This document shows positions 10,744 to 19,365 of a stretch of DNA of 64,000 nt, piece by piece. The position numbers and the translations under genes are program-made. Origin of the DNA: an uncultured Actinomycetota bacterium (lineage in GTDB: Bacteria > Actinomycetota > Actinomycetes > Actinomycetales > Microbacteriaceae); NCBI GenBank assembly GCA_963716965.1, contig CAVQUZ010000001.1, positions 524,061 through 588,060 on the forward strand. The letters run 5' to 3'. How positions within the stretch are numbered: position 1 is the first letter of the stretch; each line of letters opens with the position of its first letter. The notes below the pieces were generated by a model that worked only from the letters and a program-made list of their open reading frames with translations, was not told the origin of the DNA and did no database searches.

Positions 10744-11160
10744 GCGACGCGCCGCCCCACGCCCGGCCGGCACTCATCGCACTCGTCGTGCTGGGCGGTG
10801 CCGCCGGCACCACGGTCCGCGCCGCCCTGCAGGCGGCGTTCCCCGCGACGGGTGGCGTCTCGATCGCGACGATCGCCATCAACGTCTCCGGCGCGTTCGC
10901 GCTCGGCTGGTTGCTCGAGGGCCTCGGCCGCCGTGGACCGGACAGCGGCCGGTCGCGTCTCGCGCGGCTCGGCATCGGCACCGGCGTGCTCGGCGGCTAC
11001 ACGACCTACAGCACCCTCGCGGTCGACACGTCGACGCTGGCTGCTGCGTGGACACGCGCAGCTCGCGGCACTCGTCGGTCTCGGCACCGTTCTCGGCGGC
11101 CTCGTCGCCGCGGTTGCGGGCATCGCACTCGCGGCGCGCACGGCGCCCACCGCGACGTGA
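10740..11160 (+). pseudogene. crcB: Fluoride channel CrcB/Fluc, copy 1, with an apparent frameshift near 11035-11060
   Basis: The N-terminal 100 aa matches CrcB (LIALVVLGGAAGTTVRAAL...TIAINVSGAFALGWL...GGYTTYSTLAVDT) in frame 0. The expected last TM (GHAQLAALVGLGTVLGGLVAAVAGIALAAR) is in frame +1 and ends at 11160. Frame 0 instead reads an Arg-rich nonsense stretch. Confidence 0.6.
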
Positions 11161-11525
11161 GCCTGCTGCTGGTCGCCCTGGCGGGCGGTGTGGGGGCCGC
11201 GCTGCGGTTCGTGCTCGACGGCGTGGTGCGCACGCACGTGCGGACGCCCTATCCGCTGGCGACGATGCTCATCAATGTCAGCGGCTCGCTGGTGCTCGGC
11301 GTCGTGGTCGGCGCGACCGCGCAGGCTGCGCTGACGCGCAGTTGGCACGACGTGCTCGGCACGGGGCTGCTGGGTGGCTACACGACCTTCAGCACCGCCT
11401 CGGTGGAGTCGGTGCGGCTGGCGCGCGGCGGACGGCCGGTCGCCGCGGTGCTGCACGGCGCGGGCATGCTGGTCGCCTCGCTCGTCGCCGCGCTGCTCGG
11501 CCTCGCACTGGGCGGACTGCTCTGA
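11157..11525 (+). CDS. crcB: Fluoride channel CrcB/Fluc, copy 2
   Basis: GTG at 11157 in a GTGA overlap with the copy-1 stop. 122 aa with a full CrcB signature (RTPYPLATMLINVSGSLVLG ... GGYTTFSTASVE). Tandem crcB pairs form heterodimeric Fluc channels. Confidence 0.85.
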   Translation: MSLLLVALAGGVGAALRFVLDGVVRTHVRTPYPLATMLINVSGSLVLGVVVGATAQAALTRSWHDVLGTGLLGGYTTFSTASVESVRLARGGRPVAAVLHGAGMLVASLVAALLGLALGGLL

Positions 11526-11628
11526 GCGACGCCGCCCGCCCCGAGCGGTCACGGGGCGTCACACTGGCGTGTCGACGCCGCCCGCCGCAGCATCCTGGAA
11601 CAACCTCGGTCGACGAAAGGCGGTATCG

Positions 11629-12963
11629 ATGGGCGAGCAGGGCTTCGCGACACGGCAGGTGCATGCCGGGCGCCGGCAGCACGGGCATGCGGCACGGACC
11701 CCGCCGATCCACTTGACCGCGGGGTTCGAGTTCGCCGACTTCGACGAGGCCCACGCCCGGTTCGCCGGCGACGACGACGGCTTCAGCTACACCCGGGTCG
11801 GCAACCCGAGCGTCTCCGGCGTCGAATCGAGGGTCGCGGCGCTCGAGGGAGGCGCCGACGCCTTGCTGGTCGCGAGCGGCCAGGCCGCGCTCACCGTCGC
11901 GCTGTTCGGGCTCGTCCGTGCGGGCGACCATCTCGTGTCCGCGGACAGCATCTACGAGGGGACGCGCGGCCTGCTCGTCGCCAACCTCGGCCCGCTCGGC
12001 ATCGGTTCGACGTTCGTGTCCGACGTACACGACCTCGGCCAGTGGCGTCGCGCGATCAGGCCGAACACCAAGGCACTCATCGTCGAGTCCATCTCGAACG
12101 CCCGCAACGACGTGCCGGACATCGCCGCCCTCGCCGCGCTGGCGCACGCCGAGGGCATCCCGCTCATCGTCGACAGCACACTCGCCACGCCCTACCTGCT
12201 GCGCCCGATCGAGCACGGCGCCGACATCGTGATCCACTCGGCCAGCAAGTTCCTGTCCGGGCACGGTTCGGTCCTCGGCGGCTTCGTCGTCGACGGCGGT
12301 GGCTTCGACTGGGCGGCGCAGCCGGATCGGTTCCCGCAGTTCTCGGAGCCCGTCGTGACCGAGGGCGGCCTCAGCTTCACCGACCGCTACGGCAGGGCCG
12401 CCTTCGCCCGCTTCATCCGCGGCACCGTCGCGCCGAGGCTCGGCCCGACGCCGTCGCCGTTGAATGCGTTCCTGATCCAGCAGGGCATCGAGACCCTGTC
12501 GCTCCGCGTCGACCGCCAGTCGGCGAGCGCGCTCGCGGTCGCCGGGTGGCTCGAGCGTCAGGCGGGCGTCGCGCGCGTCGATCACGTCGGCCTGGCGAGC
12601 CATCCGCATCACGCGGTCGGTGCCCGCTACCTGCCGGACGGTACGGGCTCGGTGTTCCAATTCAGCCTGTCCGGAGGCCTGCCGGCCGCGCGCGCCTTCG
12701 TCGACGCGGTCGGACTCGTGACGCACATGACCCACATCGGCGACGTGCGCTCGCTCGTCCTGCACCCCGGTACGACCTCGCACGTGCATCGGACGGCCGA
12801 GCAGGCGGCCGCCGTCGGGGTACTGCCAGGCACGCTCCGGCTGTCGATCGGGGTCGAAGACCCCGCCGACCTCGTCGACGACCTCGCCCAGGCGCTCGCC
12901 GCCGCGCGGGCCGCGGCGGAGTCGGACGACAGGGAGCTCGTCGCGGGACAGGGTGTCGCGTGA
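11629..12963 (+). CDS. metY: O-acetylhomoserine sulfhydrylase / aminocarboxypropyltransferase (Cys/Met-metabolism PLP enzyme)
   Basis: ATG after a GAAAGG RBS. 444 aa with the PLP-lysine region ([19 protein letters not shown]) and the MetY-type N-terminus ([27 protein letters not shown]). Confidence 0.9.
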   Translation: MGEQGFATRQVHAGRRQHGHAARTPPIHLTAGFEFADFDEAHARFAGDDDGFSYTRVGNPSVSGVESRVAALEGGADALLVASGQAALTVALFGLVRAGDHLVSADSIYEGTRGLLVANLGPLGIGSTFVSDVHDLGQWRRAIRPNTKALIVESISNARNDVPDIAALAALAHAEGIPLIVDSTLATPYLLRPIEHGADIVIHSASKFLSGHGSVLGGFVVDGGGFDWAAQPDRFPQFSEPVVTEGGLSFTDRYGRAAFARFIRGTVAPRLGPTPSPLNAFLIQQGIETLSLRVDRQSASALAVAGWLERQAGVARVDHVGLASHPHHAVGARYLPDGTGSVFQFSLSGGLPAARAFVDAVGLVTHMTHIGDVRSLVLHPGTTSHVHRTAEQAAAVGVLPGTLRLSIGVEDPADLVDDLAQALAAARAAAESDDRELVAGQGVA

Positions 12964-14276
12964 GCGGGCTGCAGCACTTCGGCTGGTTCCTCTCCCGCGG
13001 ATTCGGCCCGCACGGCTGGGGTCACCCGTACCTCGACTGGGACTACGACTGGACCAGCCCCGTGCTGTACCAGCAGTCGATCCGCGAGCTCGAGCAGGCG
13101 GGCTTCGACCTGGTGATCGTCGAGGACGCGCTGTCGCTCGGCAACCCGGACACGCTGGACCTGCGCATCCGGCAGGCGTACGGCGGCCCGAAGCACGACC
13201 CGCTCCTGCTCGCGCCGTACCTCTTCGACGCGACCGAGCGGATCGGGGTCGCGGTCACGATGAACCCGCTCGCGTACGCGCCGTACACGGCGGCACGCCA
13301 GTCCGCGACGCTGCAGCACCTGTCCGGCGGCCGCTTCGGCCTGAACGTCGTGACCGACGTCGGCAGCAGCCGGCATTTCGGGCAGGAACCCGTGGGACAC
13401 GACGCCGCGTACGACCGGGCGGGTGAGTGGCTCACGGGCGTCCGCGACCTCTGGCACAGCTGGGGTGACGGGGCGCTCGTCGCCGATCGGACGACCGGCC
13501 GCTTCGCCGACGCATCGAAGCTCGATCGGGTGCAGCGCGACGGCGCCTATTTCCGCTTCGAGGGGCCGCTCAACGCCCTTCCCTTCGCCGACGGCGATCC
13601 CGTGGTGGTGTCGCCGGGCGGATCGGGCCGCGGCCTCGACTTCGCCGGTACCTTCTCCGACGTGCAGCTCGCGCTGGCCCCGCTCGACGTGTCCAACGTG
13701 GCCGCCTACCGAGCACGGGTGCACGAGGCGGCCGCCGCGCACGGCCGTGCGCCCGCCGACATCGCGATCCTCTTCGTACTGAAGCCCGTCGTGACGTCGA
13801 GCGACGCCGAGACCGAGAGCATCGTCGAGGCGTCCGCGCGCCCGTCCGATGCCGACCTGCTCGTCATCGCGTCGCACTGGTCCAGCGACCTCGAGACCGA
13901 CCTGACGACGCAGGACCTCGACCGGCCGCTCGATCAGGCGATATTCGGCGACCACGTCTCGCGCGGCACGATCAAGGGACTCATCGGCACGGCCGACCCC
14001 GATCGGGCGACGCTGCGCGAACTGCTCGCCGCCAAGGCGAAACTCGGCCGGCTCGCCGACCGGACCGGCCTCGTCGGGACGGCGGAGGACCTCGCCGACT
14101 TCATCGAGGAGTTCGGTGAGGCCGCCGACAACGACGGCTTCATCCTGTCGGGCGACCTGCATCCGGTGACCGTGCACCGCATGCTCGATCGGCTCGTCCC
14201 GATCCTGCGCAGGCGCGGCGTGCTGCGCCGCGAGTTCGGCGGCCAGGGGCTGCGGGCCAACCTGACGGACTTCTGA
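12960..14276 (+). CDS. LLM-class (luciferase-like) flavin-dependent monooxygenase
   Basis: GTG in a GTGA overlap with the metY stop. 438 aa with a TIM-barrel LLM N-terminus (FGWFLSRGFGPHGWGHPYLDWDYDW ... RIGVAVTMNPLAYAPYTAARQSATLQHLSGGRFGLNVVT), in the SsuD/NtaA/DszA-like family. Confidence 0.85.
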   Translation: MSGLQHFGWFLSRGFGPHGWGHPYLDWDYDWTSPVLYQQSIRELEQAGFDLVIVEDALSLGNPDTLDLRIRQAYGGPKHDPLLLAPYLFDATERIGVAVTMNPLAYAPYTAARQSATLQHLSGGRFGLNVVTDVGSSRHFGQEPVGHDAAYDRAGEWLTGVRDLWHSWGDGALVADRTTGRFADASKLDRVQRDGAYFRFEGPLNALPFADGDPVVVSPGGSGRGLDFAGTFSDVQLALAPLDVSNVAAYRARVHEAAAAHGRAPADIAILFVLKPVVTSSDAETESIVEASARPSDADLLVIASHWSSDLETDLTTQDLDRPLDQAIFGDHVSRGTIKGLIGTADPDRATLRELLAAKAKLGRLADRTGLVGTAEDLADFIEEFGEAADNDGFILSGDLHPVTVHRMLDRLVPILRRRGVLRREFGGQGLRANLTDF

Positions 14277-14281
14277 GCCGA

Positions 14282-14851
14282 TCAGGCGCGTTCGGCGACC
14301 TCGGCCGCTCGCCGGAGCTGGCGGTGCGCGGCCTCGAAGGCCGTCATGTCCCGCTCGGCGCGGGCCATGACGACCGCGCCCTCGGCCGCCGCGACCGCGG
14401 TGACGGCGAGATCGGATGCGGCACCCGAGGAGAGCCCGCCGCGTTCCAACAGCTCCGCCAGGCGGGCGCGCCATGACCGGAAGACCCGGCCGGCGGCGTC
14501 GACGTGGTCCTCCGACTCGGCGGACACGGTGACCGCCAGCACCGAGCAGCCGGCGGTGAGCGCGGAGCGCGTCAGGACCGACCGCCACATCGCCATGAAG
14601 CCGTCGATCACGGTGGTGGGCGCCTCACCGTCGAGCGTGTCGAGCACGGCGACCGCGTTCGCACCGGCGGCCTCGACCGCCGCGGCGATGAGCTCGTCCT
14701 TGCCGCCTGGGAAGTGGTGGTACACCGACCCCCTCGGCGCATCCGTGTAGGCGAGGACGGCGCTGAACGAGGTCGCCTGCACGCCGTGCTTGGCGAGCAG
14801 GATCGCCGCTCCCTGGACCATCCGGTCCCGCACGTCCGACGCCATCCGCAT
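14282..14851 (-). CDS. TetR/AcrR family transcriptional regulator
   Basis: 189 aa with an N-terminal HTH (GVQATSFSAVLAYTDAPRGSVYHHFPGGKDELI). Confidence 0.85.
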   Translation of the reverse strand: MRMASDVRDRMVQGAAILLAKHGVQATSFSAVLAYTDAPRGSVYHHFPGGKDELIAAAVEAAGANAVAVLDTLDGEAPTTVIDGFMAMWRSVLTRSALTAGCSVLAVTVSAESEDHVDAAGRVFRSWRARLAELLERGGLSSGAASDLAVTAVAAAEGAVVMARAERDMTAFEAAHRQLRRAAEVAERA

Positions 14852-14882
14852 CCTCTCCGGCCGCTCAGCCTAGAACGGCCGC

Positions 14883-15995
14883 TCAGGGGCGCGGGTCGAT
14901 GATCTCCGCCTCCGCGAGCAGGGCCAGATCGCGCAGCAGGGTCACGTCGACGTCGCTCGCGTTCCTCGGGTACTGGTCCCAGACGCAGAGGGTGCCGATT
15001 CGATAGCCGTCGAGCGACTCGATCGGGTGACCGGCGTAGAACCGGACCCCGCCCGGTCCCTGCATCATCGAGTTGCCGGCGAATCGAGGGTCGAGTGCGG
15101 TGTCGAGCACGACGAAGGGCTCGGGAGAGCGAACCGTCAGGTTGCAGATGCTCTTCTCCCGCGGCACGTCGTCATGGCTGCCGGTCGACGCGATGCGCAC
15201 GATCCGGTCGCGATCGATCAGGTTCACCTCGGCGTTCGAGGCCCCGAAGGCGTCCCTGGCGATGGTCGCGACCTGCTCGAGTCGGCCTGCACCGAGCCGC
15301 GCGCCCGCCGCGTTCTCGTCGACGGCGTGCTGGCGGTCGGGCTCGGGCACGGCGAAGTCCCGGTCGTCGCGGGTCGCGACCTGCGGGCGCCACTCGGCGC
15401 CCCTCGTCAGCTCGTCGACGATGAGATCCGCGCACCCGACCGTGTCGAATTCGGCACCGGACGTCGTCGGATGCAGCGGTGCGGTCAGCCAGACCAGGCG
15501 CCGGTCGACGACCGGCAGTTCATCGGTGACGAGCCGCTCCAGCCCCGGTCCGGTCGACGCGTGCCGGCCGGCGAGCCGCGGCGCCGGCGGCACGAGCACG
15601 GACACGACCGGGCAGTTCTCGGACACCTGGCCGAGCACCTCGGCGATCAGCCGCACGAACTGGCGTCGCAGCAGACGGGCCGCCGGCCCCGGCGGCGTGT
15701 CGTTGAGCACCGCCACAACCACCTCGTAGCGCCACAGCCGCCAGGAGTCGAAGGCGCCCCGCACCGCCTCCAGCACGGGCTTGAGGTCCCAGAGCACGTC
15801 GAGGTCCACGCCTCTGCCGGTCGCGATCGCGACCCGATCGGCCACCAGATCGGGTAGCCAGCGGCCCGCGCCGAAGCGCGACGGATCGAGCACGGCGGCA
15901 TCGGCGATCATGAGCACACGCGCTGCGTGGACCCCGGTCCGGTGCAGGCGGCCGATGTGCAGCCGCCCGATCCTGCCGAGTTCGTCGCCCTGCAT
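14883..15995 (-). CDS. GAF domain-containing protein with an uncharacterised N-terminal region of about 230 aa
   Basis: The C-terminal 150 aa carries a GAF signature (ASNAEVNLIDRDRIVRIASTGS ... SICNLTV ... FVVLDTALDPRFAGN ... VRFYAGHPI ... IGTLCVWD). The N-terminal two thirds have no recognisable motif. The start is uncertain (ATG 15995 or 16031). Confidence 0.65.
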   Translation of the reverse strand: MQGDELGRIGRLHIGRLHRTGVHAARVLMIADAAVLDPSRFGAGRWLPDLVADRVAIATGRGVDLDVLWDLKPVLEAVRGAFDSWRLWRYEVVVAVLNDTPPGPAARLLRRQFVRLIAEVLGQVSENCPVVSVLVPPAPRLAGRHASTGPGLERLVTDELPVVDRRLVWLTAPLHPTTSGAEFDTVGCADLIVDELTRGAEWRPQVATRDDRDFAVPEPDRQHAVDENAAGARLGAGRLEQVATIARDAFGASNAEVNLIDRDRIVRIASTGSHDDVPREKSICNLTVRSPEPFVVLDTALDPRFAGNSMMQGPGGVRFYAGHPIESLDGYRIGTLCVWDQYPRNASDVDVTLLRDLALLAEAEIIDPRP

Positions 15996-16087
15996 CACGC
16001 CCCCTCGAGCCCGCTGCGCGCGCCGGCGCACCGGCGCTCAGCAGCACTGTACGCCGCAGGGGCCACGCGGCGACGACCCGCTGCCGG

Positions 16088-17821
16088 TCACCCGAACGTG
16101 AAGGAGTAGGCGCCGACGCCGTGCCCGACGGTCACGTCGATGGTGCCCGAGTGCGGTCCGTGCAGGGTGTCGAGCAGGTAGGACCTCGGCGTGCCGGAGA
16201 CCGTGATCGTCTTCGCGGGACCGCCGTCGACCCGCACGCGGATCGTGCCGGAGCCGCCGAGCACCATCCGCACCTGGCTCGTCGCCGTGTACTTCAGGCG
16301 GATGTCGCCGTCGGCGCCGGACGGGGTCGCGTTCTGGAATCCGACCGTCCACGAGCCGTCGAGCGCGAACGTGTTCGCGGCCTGCGCGGCGGGCAGCGCG
16401 AACGTCTTGGTGGCGGCCGTGTACGGTCCGTCGCCGCCGTAGTTCTGCACCTTGCCGGCGCTCAGGTACGTCTCCGGCGTGGTCGCGCCGGCCTTCGGGG
16501 TGTCATCGGCGACCTCGGTCGCAGGCGGCAGATGCACGCCGGGGTTCGCCGCCGTGAGCAGCTGGCGGATGAGCTGCTCGGTGTTCGCGTAGTCGCCCTC
16601 GCCGAACTGGATGTTGCGGACCGTGCCCGTCGAGTCGATCAAGTAGTGCGCCGGCCAGTAGCGGTTGCGGTAGTTCGTCCACGTCGCCAGGTCGTTGTCG
16701 AGCGCGACCGGGTAGGTGATGCCGAGTGCTTTCGCGCCGGACTCGACATTGCTCTGCACCTTCTCGAACGCGTACTCGGGGGAGTGGATGCCGATGATCT
16801 GCAGGCCGTCCTTCGCGTACGCCTTGTTCCAGGCGACCACGTGCGGGACGGAGCGCTGGCAGTTGATGCACGAGTACGCCCAGAAGTCGACGAGCACGAC
16901 CTTGCCCCGCTCCTGCTTCAGCGTCACGGGGGCGTCGCCCGGCGTGTTGAACCACGCGCTGATGCCCGTGATGTCCGGCGCCGTCCCGCACGACTCGAGC
17001 TTCGTCGCGTCGTTCGTGCATTTCGAGAGGTCCTTGTTCTGCGCGTTCACGAGGCCGCCGAGATCGAGCGCTTCGTCGACCTGCTGCGAGCCGCTGAATC
17101 GGTCCTGGAGCGCGCTCGTGTAATCGGGGATCGCGGTCTGCAGCAACTGCGGCAGATTGAAGACCAGCCCGACGGCGAGCGCGAGCATGGCGACGCCGCC
17201 CGCGATGCGCACACCGTGCTGATGCTTGCGGAACGACTTGACACGCTCGGCGACCCTGCGGCCCGCGAGCGCGAACACGAGCAGCGGGATCGCCGCGCCG
17301 ATCGCGAAGCTCGCGGTGAGCACGACCGTGTCCCAGCCGATGTGCCCGGTCGAGCCCGCGACGGTGATCGCCGCGAGCACCGGACCGGCGCAGGGCACGT
17401 AGACCGCTCCGAGCGCGAGTCCGAGCACGAAGCCGTTCCGCCCGGTGCCCACGCTCTTCATGGGGATGCGGGAGAACGGCGCCTCGAGCAGTTGCTCGAT
17501 CCGCGGCACGATGAGCCCGACGCCGATGAGGGTCAGTACGACGATCCCCGCCCAGCGCAGCACGTCCTGGGGGAGGTGCAGCAGCGCGAGCAGCGACGAG
17601 CCGATCAGCGCGACCGAGCTGAAGCTGATGACCAGGCCGGCGATCACGAGGAACGGCCGCCAGCGCGACACCGGCTTCACCGCCGGGTCGCCCGTCCGTG
17701 CGCTGTTCGCGCCGCCCGAAAGGAAGATGACCGGGAGCACCGGGAGGATGCACGGCGAGATCCCCGTGATGAGTCCGCCGAGGGACCCGATGAGCAGCAG
17801 CGAGATGAGCATGTCTCTCAT
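16088..17821 (-). CDS. dipZ: DipZ-like cytochrome c-type biogenesis protein: CcdA/DsbD membrane domain fused to a thioredoxin-like domain and a C-terminal beta domain
   Basis: The N-terminal CcdA domain has its two Cys (GISPCILPVLPV ... YVPCAGPVLAA). A redoxin domain follows with WAYSCINCQRS, then a C-terminal extension. The long ORF beyond 17821 is antisense read-through of the fasciclin gene. Confidence 0.85.
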   Translation of the reverse strand: MRDMLISLLLIGSLGGLITGISPCILPVLPVIFLSGGANSARTGDPAVKPVSRWRPFLVIAGLVISFSSVALIGSSLLALLHLPQDVLRWAGIVVLTLIGVGLIVPRIEQLLEAPFSRIPMKSVGTGRNGFVLGLALGAVYVPCAGPVLAAITVAGSTGHIGWDTVVLTASFAIGAAIPLLVFALAGRRVAERVKSFRKHQHGVRIAGGVAMLALAVGLVFNLPQLLQTAIPDYTSALQDRFSGSQQVDEALDLGGLVNAQNKDLSKCTNDATKLESCGTAPDITGISAWFNTPGDAPVTLKQERGKVVLVDFWAYSCINCQRSVPHVVAWNKAYAKDGLQIIGIHSPEYAFEKVQSNVESGAKALGITYPVALDNDLATWTNYRNRYWPAHYLIDSTGTVRNIQFGEGDYANTEQLIRQLLTAANPGVHLPPATEVADDTPKAGATTPETYLSAGKVQNYGGDGPYTAATKTFALPAAQAANTFALDGSWTVGFQNATPSGADGDIRLKYTATSQVRMVLGGSGTIRVRVDGGPAKTITVSGTPRSYLLDTLHGPHSGTIDVTVGHGVGAYSFTFG

Positions 17822-17984
17822 TCGGAGCGGGGGTCCGCGAGGACGGGGTGCCGGCGCGGAACCTGTGCATCGTCCGCGCGCCGCGCATCCGCACCAATCC
17901 GGTTGCGGCCTCGCCGACGAACACACCGCAATCGAGCCGATCGCACCAGGCGGAAGGCATTCGTTCCCAGTAGGAGAAGTTCTG

Positions 17985-18647
17985 ATGCGATTCACACGCA
18001 CATCCATCGCGGCGGTGTCGCTCGCTGCGGCGGTCGGGCTCGGCCTCGCCGGCTGCTCGACCCCGTCGACGCCGGCCAGCACCGCCACCCCGAAGGCGAT
18101 GACGACCACCGCGCCGTCGACGCCGTCGATGCAGAGCGCCGAGTTCAAGGACCTCGTCGGTCCGGGCTGCGCCGCGTATGCCAAGACGGTGCCGACCGGC
18201 GCCGGTTCCATCACCGGCATGTCGCAGGACCCGGTCGCGGTCGCCGCGAGCAGCAACCCGCTGCTCACCACGCTCGTGAAGGCCGTCTCGGGCAAGTTGA
18301 ACCCGAAGGTGAACCTCGTGAGCACGCTCGACGGGAGCGACTTCACCGTGTTCGCCCCGGTCGACAGTGCGTTCGCGAAGCTGCCGGCATCGACCGTCGC
18401 CGCGCTCGCCAAGCCGGCGAACGCCGCCATGCTGACGAAGATCCTCACGTACCACGTGGTGCCGGGCCAGATCCTTCCTGACGCGATCGACGGCATGCAC
18501 ACGACCGTCGAGGGCGGCTCGGTGAACGTCACCGGTTCGGGTGACTCGATCAAGGTCGACGGCGCGAACGTGGTCTGCGGTGGCGTCCACACGGCGAACG
18601 CCACCGTGTACCTGATCGACTCCGTCCTGACGCCCCCGGCGAAGTGA
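17985..18647 (+). CDS. Fasciclin (FAS1) domain lipoprotein, MPT70/MPT83-like
   Basis: ATG after an AGGAGAAG RBS. It has a signal peptide with an LAGC lipobox and a Thr/Pro-rich linker. A FAS1 domain follows (TVFAPVDSAFAKLP ... LTYHVVPGQI ... TVYLIDSVLTP). Confidence 0.85.
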   Translation: MRFTRTSIAAVSLAAAVGLGLAGCSTPSTPASTATPKAMTTTAPSTPSMQSAEFKDLVGPGCAAYAKTVPTGAGSITGMSQDPVAVAASSNPLLTTLVKAVSGKLNPKVNLVSTLDGSDFTVFAPVDSAFAKLPASTVAALAKPANAAMLTKILTYHVVPGQILPDAIDGMHTTVEGGSVNVTGSGDSIKVDGANVVCGGVHTANATVYLIDSVLTPPAK

Positions 18648-18702
18648 CCCGAGGACCGGGGCCGAGGCGGTAGGTTCAGCACCTGCCCCTGGCCCCGGTC
18701 CC

Positions 18703-19365
18703 GTGGTATTCGACCAATCCGATGCACCGAACGTCTCCGAACAGGAGACATCGGACGGAAAGAAACCGGGGGACGAGGTGGATGCGGTCGTGGTGGACAC
18801 CGACGAGGAGCAGGACGCGGCGCAGCCGCTGGACCTGTTGCTCGCTCGCTGCGCCGACCGCGACCGGACCGCGTTCGCCGCGTTGTACGACCGCACAGCG
18901 GCGCGGGTGTTCGCACTCGTGCTGCGCGTGCTCCGTGATCACGCACAGGCCGAGGAGGTGACGCAAGAGGTGTATCTCGAGATCTGGCAGAGCGCTTCGC
19001 GCTACGAGCCCAACCGTGGAGCGGCCCTGCCGTGGATGATCACCATGGCACATCGTCGTGCCATCGACCGCGTCCGCGCCTCACAGGCCGGCCGCGACCG
19101 CGACATGCGCATCGGCGTCCGTGACTGGTCGCCCGACGTCGACGTCGTCGCCGAGCACGTCGAGATCGCCATCGAGAGCGAGCGCGTCGCCGCGGCGCTG
19201 CAGCGGCTCACCCGTCTGCAGCGCGAGGCGATCACGCTCGCGTACTTCGGTGGATATTCCCAGAGCGAGGTCGCCGGTCATCTCCAGGTGCCGATCGGTA
19301 CCGTGAAGACCCGTCTACGAGACGGCCTCATCCGGCTCCGCGACGAATTGGGGGTGACGCAATGA
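18703..19365 (+). CDS. sigK: ECF sigma factor, SigK-like
   Basis: 220 aa with sigma-70 region 2 (AFAALYDRTAARVFALVLRVLRDHAQAEEVTQEVYLEIWQ) and region 4 (LTRLQREAITLAYFGGYSQSEVAGHLQVPIGTVKTRL). Its 3' end overlaps the anti-sigma gene. Confidence 0.85.
   Translation: MVFDQSDAPNVSEQETSDGKKPGDEVDAVVVDTDEEQDAAQPLDLLLARCADRDRTAFAALYDRTAARVFALVLRVLRDHAQAEEVTQEVYLEIWQSASRYEPNRGAALPWMITMAHRRAIDRVRASQAGRDRDMRIGVRDWSPDVDVVAEHVEIAIESERVAAALQRLTRLQREAITLAYFGGYSQSEVAGHLQVPIGTVKTRLRDGLIRLRDELGVTQ

Noticed and set aside
16121-18946. Overlapping 786-aa, 797-aa and 952-aa ORFs across the DipZ region
   Set aside because: These are alternative-frame and antisense read-throughs. Only the frame giving CcdA plus thioredoxin (16088-17821, minus) and the plus-strand fasciclin gene have protein-family support.
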